A stretch of 64,000 bases of DNA from positions 12,352 to 76,351 of the forward strand of contig NW_021833294.1 of NCBI RefSeq assembly GCF_006345805.1, read 5' to 3'. This document shows, in pieces, positions 1 through 10,488 of the stretch (the stretch's first letter is position 1; each line of letters starts with the position of its first letter). Source of the stretch: Octopus sinensis. Taxonomy: Eukaryota. The notes under the pieces were generated by a model. That model worked only from the letters and a program-made list of their open reading frames with translations. It did no database searches and was not told the DNA's origin. A program made the translations under genes and the position numbers.

Positions 1-1027
1 ACTCCGAATGAACAGTCCTTGTTTTCTTTGCATCATCTATCTGGATGTTTTGTTGTCCCTTTTTTGTATCACCTAAATGTCTAGATGTTTTGCGTTCTTG
101 TCCCATTTTGTATTTATATATATATATATATAACGGGAAGGTTTACGAAAATAAACAAAAGACGAAGGCAGGTTTACAAAAATATATATCATCATCATCG
201 TTTAACGTCCGTTTTCCATGCTAGCATGGATTGGACGGTTCAACTGGGGTCTGCGAAGCCAGGAGACTGTGCCAGGCCCAGTCTGATCTGGCAGTGTTGC
301 TACAGCTGGATGCCCTTCCTAACACCAACCACTCCGTGAGTGTAGTGGGTGCTTTTTATGTGCCATCTGCACAGGTGCGAGACGAGGCTGGCAACGGCCA
401 CGTTCGGATGGTTCTCTTACATGCCACCGGCACTGGTATCTCAGCTACAATTTCCATTGATGTTGAGAGATTTCAATTTCGATTTTGATTTTCATTTTGA
501 TTTTGATTTTCACTTGCCTCAACAGGTCTTCACAAGTAGGGTTTGTGTCACAAGAAGGAAAGGTATGCATAAGTGGACTGGCTACGTCCCAGGTAGGGGC
601 CACGGGTTATGGTCTCACTTGTCCTGCCAGGTCTTCTCACGCACAGCATACTTCCAAAGTCTGGGTCTCTTGTCATTTCCTCGGTGAGACCTAAAGTTCG
701 AAGGTCGTTCTTCACCACCTCATCCCGGGTTTTCCTGGGTCTACCTCTACCACAGATTCCCTCAACCGCCAGGGTGTGGCACTTTTTCACACAACTATCT
801 TCATCCATTCTCGCTACATGACCATACCAGTGCAAACGTCTCTCTTGCACACCACAACTGATGCTTCTTAGGTTCAACTTTTCTCTCAAGGTACTTACAC
901 TCTGTCGACTATGAACACTGACATTACACATCTATCGGAGCATATTGGCTTCATTTCTTGTGAGCTTACACATATCCTCAGCAGTCACGGCCCATGTTTC
1001 ACTGCCATGTAGCATGGCTGTTCGTAC

Positions 1028-2008
1028 TCATGCATCATACAGTCTGCCTTTTGTTCTGAGCGAGAGGCCTTTTGTCACCAGCAGGGGTAAGAGCTCTCTG
1101 AACTTTGCCCAGGCTATTCTTATTCTAGCAGTTACACTTTCAGCACACCCGCCCCTGCTACTGACTTGGTTGCCTAGGTAACGGAAGCTATCAACTGCTT
1201 CTAGTTTTTCTCCCTTGAATGTGGCGGAAGTTGGTCCCTGCGCATTTTCAGTGTTTATTGCTCCTGAGCATCTGCCACATACCAAAACTATCTTCCCAGT
1301 TAGCCTTCCTTTGACATTGCTGCACCTCTTATGTGTCCATAGCTTACACTTAGTGCATCTTATAGAGTTTCTACCTACACCATTTCTACAGATTGAGCAG
1401 GGCCATCTACCTGAAGGCGTTTGTGATTTGCCTGCCTTCCTACATATTAAGACTTTGGTTTTAGCTAGGTTGATTTTAAGGCCCTTTGGTTCTAATCCTT
1501 GTCTCCACACTTGAAACTTTGCCTCTATTTCTAATAGTGACTCAGTAATTAGAGCAAGGTCATCAGCGTAGAGGAGCTCCCAGGGGCATCCTGTCTTGAA
1601 TTCCTCCGTTATTGCCTGGAGGACTATGATAAATAGGAGGGGGCTGAGGACTGAACCTTGGTGGACCTCTACCTCTACTTTGAATTCTTTAGTGTACTCG
1701 TTGCCAACCCTCACCTTAGTTACAGCGTCTCTGTACATGGCTTGCACAGCTCTCACTAACCATTCATCTATCCCTAGTTTCCTCATTGACCACCAGATAA
1801 GGGATCGGGGGACCCTGTCAAAGGCGTTCTCCATGTCAATGAAAGCCAGGTACAGGGGCTTATCCTTGGCTAGGTATTTCTCCTGCAGCTGTTTCACCAG
1901 AAATATGGCATCAGTGGTGCTTTTTCCTGGCACGAAACCAAACTGCATCTCATCCAAGCTGACTCTCTCCCTAATCAGTTGGGCTATGACCCTCTCCGTA
2001 ACCTTCAA
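1028..2008 (-). pseudogene. RTE ORF2 reverse transcriptase fragment with inserted C4HC3 finger
   Basis: YADD catalytic motif; flanked by frameshifts, so not an intact ORF2. Confidence 0.9.
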
Positions 2009-2268
2009 TACCTGACTTAACAGTTTGATACCTCTGTAATTATTTGTATCTAAAGCGTCACCCTTACCTTTGTAGCAGTTGACTATTATGCTGCTACACC
2101 AGTCATTGGTATGACTCCTTCGTGTATCACCTGGTTAACTATATGGGTGACTAGGCTATAGCCGACACTACCAGATATTTTAAGCATTTCTGCAGTAATT
2201 CCTGATGGGCCTGGGGCTTTCCCTGTCTTCATACTACTAATTGCCTTAACTACTAAGGAACTGTTAAC

Positions 2269-3351
2269 TCAGATAGCTGGTCCCTCTGTTGCGTCGACAT
2301 TCAGCAGACTCTCTTTATCCCATTCATTTTCCTTATTTAGCAGCCTCTCATAAGGATGTCTCCAAACCTCTCTCTTTGCATCCTCATTTAGCGCAAGTGA
2401 ACCATCATCCATGTGAACACATTTCTCTCCTCCCACATCACGATTCTCTCTCACACACTGTCTTGCAACACGGAATACCTCAAGTCTTTGGTCCTCACAG
2501 TGCAGAACATTGGCAAATTTTTTCTTGTCTGCTTCCCCTCTGGCTAAATAAACCTGTCTCATAGCTTCTCTTTTGGTAGTCTGATACAATTCCCTGCTAC
2601 CACCATTTTTCCAGTCCCTCCAAGCCTGTCTCTTTTCTCTAATAGCCCTGTCTACAACATTGTTCCACCACCACGTTATTTTGGATCGAGAGGGGACTTT
2701 GCACCAGCCATATATCTGGTCCGTGGCTCTCAGCAGGTTGTCCCTTAGAAACGTCCAGTTGTCTTCTACCCCCTGTGAAGCTATATCCCCTTCTACTTTG
2801 TCAAAGGCTTCAAGTAATATGTCCCTAAGTCTCTGTTCATTTGCAGGATCTTTAAGCTTCCAGATCCTTCTTCTCCAAGTTGGTCGTCTTCTGGTCGTCC
2901 TCTTAGTCCTGATCCTAAAGTCACTAACTACCAGTCTATGTTGTGGGGTACATTCTTCGCCTGGGAAGGTTTTGGCATTTATAAGCAGCCATCTTTCCGT
3001 TTTCCTGGCAAGGATGTAGTCAATTTGGCTGGTATGTCGGCCCGATGGGTAGGTGACTAGGTGGCTGGTAGGTTTCTTGAAGTTAGTGTTGCAAACCATA
3101 AGATCATTTGCATCGCAGAACTCCAGCAGCCTGGTTCCCTCGTCGTTGCGGGAGCCATAACCATAGCCCCCATGTACACCATGGAAGCCTCCAGCATGTC
3201 GTCCAATGTGACCATTGAAGTCACCAGCCACAAAGCGAAGGTCTCTGTCGCTCGACAGTAGAGTGTCATAGAATCGGTCTTTCTGTCCATCGGGTAGCCC
3301 CAGGTGAGGGGCGTAGGCCGATATAATGGTTGCTAATCCATGATGAAGCAC
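2269..3351 (-). pseudogene. RTE ORF2 AP-endonuclease and linker fragment
   Basis: GDFN, IDYIL and SDH-equivalent QHRLVV motifs. Confidence 0.88.
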
Positions 3352-3487
3352 TAATCTAATCTTAAGTATTCTGTCACTTACTCTGATTACCTCAATTACC
3401 TTATCTACCCATTTTTCAGCGAGAAGTATACCACGCCTCCAACCCCGTCAGTGTTTCCTGCCCAGAAAATCTTGTACTTGTGTTCTT

Positions 3488-3536
<49 letters not shown>

Positions 3537-4029
3537 TAACACAGTATTTTGGGGTATATAAGACACACACCAATTTTAGTTGGCCTAATCTACAAGAAAG
3601 AAATTACAGCTAACCCAAACTAAATATCTCACACATTCATATATAGGAATCACAGAAAATTTGGACTAACATCTTTTGGTAGGATAAGTTACAATAATTA
3701 TCTTAACACTACCAAATATCCCCACTGACCTCCACTGCTACCAGTATTGTCCATCATTAATAATATTAACCAAGTCTACCCAAAGCCTGAGCGTCAGCAT
3801 ATAAGGACAGGGCAATTTCTGAGGGAATTTTTAAGCAAAATGTGTGCTTTATATGCTGGAAATTATGGTATATATATATATATATATATATATATCTAAA
3901 TACACAAACATACACATACCTATCAATGATAAACTTATACACATAATTTGCTTATATCTTTTAAGAATAAAAACACTTTGAGAATATAATAACATTATGC
4001 AGTCACGTGTGGGACAAGACCAGTTGTCA

Positions 4030-4530
4030 ACTGAGTCTATCATAAATATTGCCCCGTTACCTTCCTTTAACCAGGAAGGTGGCTATGGTGAAACATTGTG
4101 TATGGTGGATTCATTTGAAAGGCTTAGAGACAAATACTTTTCTCTCTGGCCAACCTGTCATCAACTTTTTTAAGTAATACTTGAAAAGGAAGGTGAGAGT
4201 ACAGAGGGAAGTTTTGTCTAATGAAAAGTTTAATAAAAGGTGAGTGAATGTAGCAAAGATGGTATGTATGAATGATGAACCCACTTTGAGCATGAACCTA
4301 TTTTTTTTGAGGTTACCATGGATTTTTTTCATAGGCTCTTCTTTCCATGGATAATCCTAGTCAGTGTTATATTTTCTCCCCCTTTTGGGGATTTCTACTA
4401 AGACATTACCTTGTTATCTTTTTGTGTATGCATCTCAAACTGTTTTCAATCCCTCTTGATCGGTTTTGAAAAGAAAAATTCTACATTGTATTGTCGCCCC
4501 TGTGTTCAGCCCTGTGTTGCCTAATAAAGA
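4030..4530 (+). mobile_element. Probable Tx1/L1-clade LINE 3' fragment
   Basis: Plus frame reads FLSGQPVINFFK*YLKRKVRVQREVLSNEKFNKR*VNVAKMV, which resembles Tx1-type ORF2 C-termini as I recall them; followed by AATAAA. Confidence 0.45.
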
Positions 4531-4749
4531 AATCTATCTTTTCTTTCAATCATTAGATTATGGCCATGCTGGGGCACCACATTAAAGAATTTCAGTTGAA
4601 TGAATTGATCTCATTATCTATTGCTTTAAGTCTGGTACTTATTCTATCAGTCACTTTTGCTGAACTGCTAAGTTATAGGGAAATTAATACACCAACATTG
4701 GTTGTCAAGTGGGTGGCGGGGACAAACACAGACACAAAGACATATATAT

Positions 4750-4897
4750 ATGTGATGGCTTTCTTTCAATTTCTGTCTACCAGATCCACTCACAATGTTT
4801 TGGTTGATGAAACCATACTAGAAGACATTTGCCCAATGTGACACACAGTGGGATTGAACCTGGAACCATGTGGCTGGGAAGCAAAATTCTTACCACC
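4750..4897 (-). mobile_element. tRNA-derived SINE fragment
   Basis: Minus strand has B-box-like GGTTCAATCCC; the body matches copies at 13458 and 31130. Confidence 0.65.
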
Positions 4898-5022
4898 AGG
4901 GCATCCAGCTGTAGAAACCATACCAAATCAGACTGGAGTCTGGTGCAGTGCCTTGGCTTACCAGCCCTGGTCAAACTATCCATCCCATGCAAGTATGGTC
5001 AGTGGATGTTAAATTTAAATGA

Positions 5023-5060
<38 letters not shown>

Positions 5061-5346
5061 CATCATTTAACGTCCATTGTCCATGCAGGCATGGGCTGGA
5101 CAGTTTGACTGGGCTGGCATGCTGGAAAGGCTGCACCAGACTCCAGTCTCATGTGGCATGGTTTTCTATGACTGGATGCCCTTCCTAACACCAACCACTC
5201 CAAGAGGGTAAAGGGTGTTTTTACGTGCCACCGGCATGGGTACCAGTTTGCGTAACAATGGTATCTGCCACAATTGCGATTTTGTTTGGCTTGATGGATC
5301 TTCTCAAGCACAATATAATGCCAAAGGTCTTAGTTATCATCTCCAT

Positions 5347-5620
5347 GAGGCCCAACACTTGAAAGAAACTCAGCCAACTTGCCTCTGTGAGGCCCAACAC
5401 TTGAACAGAACTCAGCCACTTTGCCTCTGTCGGGCCCAAAACTTGAAAGGAATTCAGCCACTTTGCCACCATGAGGCCCAATGCTCGAAAAGACCTCAGC
5501 CAACTTGCCTCTGTGAGGCCCAATGCTTGAGAGGAACTCAGCCACTTTGCCTTTGTTTAGGCCCAATGCTCGAAAGGAACTCAGCCACTTTGCCTCTGTC
5601 AGGCCCAATGTTCAAAAGAT
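5347..5620. repeat. 42-bp minisatellite, about 6.5 units
   Basis: Unit GAGGCCCAACACTTGAAAGAAACTCAGCCAACTTGCCTCTGT. Confidence 0.9.
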
Positions 5621-7027
5621 GTTCTTTATGTGCCACCAACACAGGTGCACTTAGCTTGATGGGTTCTCTCAAGCAGAGTACATCACCAAAGGTTTTGGTC
5701 ACCAGTCATTGTCTCTGCAAGGCTCAAAGTTTGAAGATCATGCTTCACCACCTCACTCCATGTCTTTCTGAGTCTACCTCTACCACAGGTTCCCGCCACA
5801 GTTAAAGATTGGCACTTCTTTTCACAGCTGTCCTCATCCATACGCATCATGACCATACCAGCACAGTCGTCTCTCTTGCACACCTCATTCCTCTTTCTCT
5901 CAAGATGCTTACACTCTGTCAAACATGCACACTGACATTGCACATCCAGTGAAATATACTGGCTTCATTTCTTTCAAGCCTATGCATATCCTCAGCTGTC
6001 AAAGTTCATGTTTCACTGTCATGCAACAAATCTGTTCACACACACGCATCAAACAATCTGCTTTTCACTCTGAGAGAAAGGCCCTTCATTTCCAGCAAGG
6101 GTAGGAGCTCTCTGAACTTTGCCCAACCCAATCTTATTCTAACAGCCATACCCTTGGAACATCCACCTCCACTACTAACTTGGTCACCTAGATAATGGAA
6201 GCTATCTACTACCTCTACCATGCCCATCTGGCAGTTGATGGAGTTTATTTTCTGCACATTTTCAGCATTTATTGTACCTGTGCACCTTCCACATACAAAA
6301 GTTAGTTTCCCCTGTTAACCTTCCTCTGATGTTGCTGCACCTTTTATGAGTCTAAAGCTTACACTGGGTGCATCTGATGGAGTTTCTAACAACACCTTTT
6401 CTACAGGTTGAGCAGGATCATCTAACTGAAGGGATTTGTGATTTCTCTGCCTTCCTACTACCTGTGACTTTTGTTTTCACTAGATTAACTCTAAGGCCCT
6501 TTAAATCTAGATTTTGCTTCAATATCTAGAACTTCATCTTTAGTTCAAGTAGTGATTCAGCTATAAGAGAAAGGTAATCAGCATAGAGGAGCTCCCAGGG
6601 GCAGCCTGTCTCAAATTCCTCTGTTATTGTTTGGAGGACTATGATGAATAATAGGGGAGTGAGCACTGATCCTGGGTGAACCTTTACTTGTACCCTGAAT
6701 TATTTGCCTGCCCTCACCTTACTGGTAGTGTCCCTGTACAAGGCTTGTATGGCTCTCACCAACCACTCGTCTATCCCTAGTTTCCACATTGACCACCAGA
6801 TAAGGGATTGGAGGACTCTGTTAAAAGTTTTTTCCAAGTCAACAAAAGCCAGGTATTTCTATGGCTAGGTATTTCTCCTGCAGTTGCCTTACCAGAAATA
6901 TAGCATCAGTGGTGCTTCTACATGGCACAAACCCAAACTGCATCTCAACTAAATCTCTCCCTAATTAATTGGGCTACGACTCTCTGTAACTTTCATCACT
7001 TGATCCAACAATTTAATACCTCTGTAA

Positions 7028-7584
7028 GAGTTAGCACTTCCTTCTCTAAGCTTGGATTTGAAATCGAATCCAAGAATCATCGGTCGTCAAATACCAATGC
7101 ACGTTTAGGCGCGAAATTAAGATCCCTTTGTTCTGACAAAAGTGATTGATCGTTTCCCTTTGACCTCCGACCTGAGCCATGTCAGGCGAAGTTCAAGGGG
7201 ACGAACGATGACCTACTTAAACAGTAGCTCTGTTGCGATATATCTATTTTTCTAGCTGTTTGAGATTTTATAAATAGAAAGGGAAAAACGACTAGAAAGA
7301 GACAACCGGAGCTGACACTCAAGCAGACACCACTACGCGTTTCGGAGACGACTAGAGAATATGCCTACAGGTTACGGTTCTGAATGATTACTCACACACA
7401 CACACACACACACACACACCACACACACACGCAAACATATTCTTCTTTAATATGTATTCTGTACAAGCAATGCGTAGCATTGCTTACAAAATTTATGTAG
7501 TGTAAATATTAATCCATGTAAATAAATCTCTATTTAATCATGAAACAACTTATGTATTTATTAATACACACACACATCCACTAC
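7028..7584. mobile_element. Unclassified ~557-bp insertion with a 10-bp target-site duplication
   Basis: ACCTCTGTAA (7018-7027) and ACCTCTGAAA (7585-7594) flank it; the uninterrupted site is seen in the paralogous RTE near 2030. Confidence 0.7.
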
Positions 7585-9340
7585 ACCTCTGAAATTATTT
7601 CTATCTAAGGCATCACCTTTACCTTTGTATCAGTTGACTATGGTGCAGCCACACTAGTTATTAGGTAGGACTTCTTCATGAACTACCTGATTTACAATAC
7701 GGGTGACTCGACAATAACCAACACTGCCAGATATTTTAAGCATCTCAGCAGTGATTCCTGATGGGCCAGGAGTTTCCCTGTCTTCATAGCCTTAATTGCT
7801 TTGTCTTCTAAGGTACTGTCGATTCATTCAGGTAGCTGGTCTCTCATTTGGGTTGACATTTGGTAGACTCTTCTCGTGCCATTCATTTTCAACATTCAGC
7901 AGTCTTTCATAATAGCATCTCCAAGCCACTTTATTTGCAGACTCATTAAAAATAAGTGCTCATCATCCATGCAGACACATTTCTCCCCAATGACATCAGA
8001 ATTTTCTCTCACACACTGTCTTGCAATCCAAATACTTCAGTTCTTTGGTCCTCATGACACTGAACATAGGCAAACTTCTATTCTTCTTCCCTCTTGGCTA
8101 GATATACCTGTCTCCTAGCTTCCCTTCTGGCTATCAGATACAGTTCCCTGTTTCTTTGCTCTAATGGCTCTGTCTACAGTATTGTTCCACTGCCATGTTA
8201 CCTTAGGTCCAGAAGGGACTGTGCACAAGCCACAGATTTGGTCTGTGGCACTCAGTAAGCTGCCTCGCAGGAATTCCCAGTTGACCTTTTTGTCACAAGT
8301 TTGTAGCTCCTCCTCCCATTCACCAAATTTCTCAATTAGGGTGTCTCTAAATCTCTGACCTTAAGCTTCCAAATCTTTCTTTTCCAGATTGGTCTGCTTC
8401 TTGCCTTCCTTCTAGCCTAGAGTCTAAAGTTGTTAATGACTAGTTTACGCTGGGTGGGGGTACATTCTTCACCATGGAGGGTTTTTGCATTTAAGAGCAA
8501 CCATGCATCCCACTGTCTAGTGAGAATGAAATCGATCTGGTTGGAAGAGTTACCTATTTGGTAAGTTATTAAGTGGCTGGCTGGCTTCCTGAAGTTGGTG
8601 TTGCAAATCAAAAGGTTATTTGCATCACAGAACTCCAGTAGCCATGTTCCCTCTTCGCTTCAGGACCAAATTTCATGGCCCCCATTTACACCAAGGAAGA
8701 TACCAGGCTGCCGTCCAACAAGCCCATTGAAATTCCCAGCCACAAAGATAAAATCATTGTCACTGGTCTTTGATTATTCTGCAGAAGAATATCATAAAAG
8801 TGGTCCTCTTTTTTACTTAGTAGGCTCGCTTGTGGGGCGTAGGCAGATATAAATGTAGTCTGCAAGACTAGCCTGAGCTTAAGTACTCTATCGCACACTA
8901 TGACTACCTCTATGACCTATTTCACTGCAAGAAGTATCCTCATACCACCTACTCTGTCATTGTTACCTTCCCAGAAGATTTTGTACCTATGTGTCTTGCC
9001 TGTGAAGAACCTGGCAGAAGCTCCTCTCTTGTATGCAACATACATAAACATGCCTCCATTCAATCATTTCTACAATCACGTTAGACCAACATTTCAAAGT
9101 GCCTACAGTTACAGTGCCAACTCTGAAAACTGGGAAAGGGATGTGGGAGGGAACATGGGAAGGAGAGATGTTATTCGGCACCTGCAAAGAAGGTTCCATG
9201 ATCATTTGATAACAGATATATCACAACAGTTGTTCTTGTTTTTAACCTATCATCATTCAAACAAGTTAAAATTGTTGCCTCTACTGGGGGTGACAGTAAG
9301 GTAAGCATTGTAATATAAGCATTACTGCAGCGGAAAAATA

Positions 9341-10370
9341 TTAATATATATAAAACTGAGAATGTGTGTCTGTCTGTGTGTTTCCCTAAAACTTGAGAAC
9401 TACACAACCAATTCCATTCAAATTTTACACATGCCTTACTTAGGGTCCATGTAGTTTCATGGGCAAAAAGAATGTTCAACTTCTTGCCTAGAGCGAGCCC
9501 ATAGCACTATCATATCTTCTCCACTATTTCAGTATTATGTGTTAAAAGTGAAACAAACATTTCTCTATTTTATGTCAGATACTTTCACTTTAACAATAAA
9601 AATAATAATAACAATTGAATTATATGTAGTAAGTAATAATTAAAATCAAACTAAAGTATAATATAATCGTAACATAAAAGTAAAAATAGCATTGGTATAA
9701 AATTGCATCAATGACTTGAACTTGAATAAGTGGTTTCACATGAATGGGAATAAATTAAAATAAAATTAGCGTGCAGAAATGGAATAGTCCAGATGGATAA
9801 TAAAATATTAAACTAAAGAAAAGACTATTGTCTATAAAGTATACAATGTAGAGAAAAAAGAAGATTTGAACACATGGAGGAAAGCACCTTCGAAAAGTGT
9901 CTTGGTGCAACTATGAAAGGTATCTAACCAGTGACGGTAAATTCGCCACAATAGAAGCAAGGTTCGAGTCAACGGAGCGTGCAAGGGAGTACTCGACTCG
10001 AACTTGCAAAGTGGAAATATTTTACTTTTACCTTTATATCTGGGACGTAGGACGTCCCGGAAAAAAAATTTTAAATGCACCCCCCACCCCACCCCACCCC
10101 AGAAGTAGAGGTAGGCTGGATTGTAGCCACACTTCTATACAAGAGGGAGGACAAGATACAATTGATTGAAATTACAAGAGACGGGCTAACAATTCCAGTC
10201 TGTTATATATTTTGAGCATTGTATCACTAGCGATATCAAGATATAAATTTGTATTTTGTATTTTATGTGTAGATGTATATATATAGATGTACCTGTAATA
10301 TGTACACATATATATACACATATACACGCACTAGCACTATGACCCGGCAACGACGGGTCTTTAATGCTAG
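9341..10370 (+). mobile_element. Non-autonomous Helitron (family A)
   Basis: 5' end TT(TC-like)AATATATATAAAACTGAG; 3' hairpin GACCCG-GCAACGA-CGGGTC followed by CTAG at 10367-10370. Confidence 0.8.
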
Positions 10371-10488
10371 TATAGCTATAAATATGCCAATGTTAAATTA
10401 AGTCAGTAAATAATGGACTGCTATTCGGTTGGGTTAGTCAAATACATATATATATATATATATACATATAGATAGATAGATATATATA

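Larger units (their letters stand above)
188..3490 (-). mobile_element. RTE-clade LINE, 5'-truncated within the APE domain, with 3' UTR and (GAT)n tail
   Basis: Minus-strand ORF pieces 2269-3351 (APE: AYAPH, GDFNGHIG, SQIDYIL, QHRLVV), 1028-2008 (RT: QFGFVPGKST, QGSVLSPLLF, LLYADDL, FRYLG) and 548-931 (C-terminus LHWYGHVARM, GRGRPRKT). (ATC)n at 188 is the tail. The 5' end abuts (AT)n. Confidence 0.93.
5059..9300 (-). mobile_element. Near full-length degraded RTE LINE, interrupted by an insertion at 7028-7584
   Basis: N-terminal APE (RVGTVTVGTLK...CCIQE, 8987-9205), RT pieces, 3' UTR ending at 5059. The reading ...KGDALDRNN | YRGIKLLDQ resumes across the insertion. Confidence 0.85.

Noticed and set aside
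1596-2015. Recurrent ORFs such as MINRRGLRTEPWW (also 35483, 63088, 24057)
   Set aside because: Antisense shadows of the RTE RT frame
7333-7343. GAAACGCGTAG on the minus strand, resembling a hammerhead 3' half with a palindromic stem III
   Set aside because: No CUGANGA box or closing stems at a suitable distance
7275-7383. 35-codon open frame that might be a host exon
   Set aside because: Lies inside a TSD-flanked insertion, has no recognisable homology and no convincing splice pair
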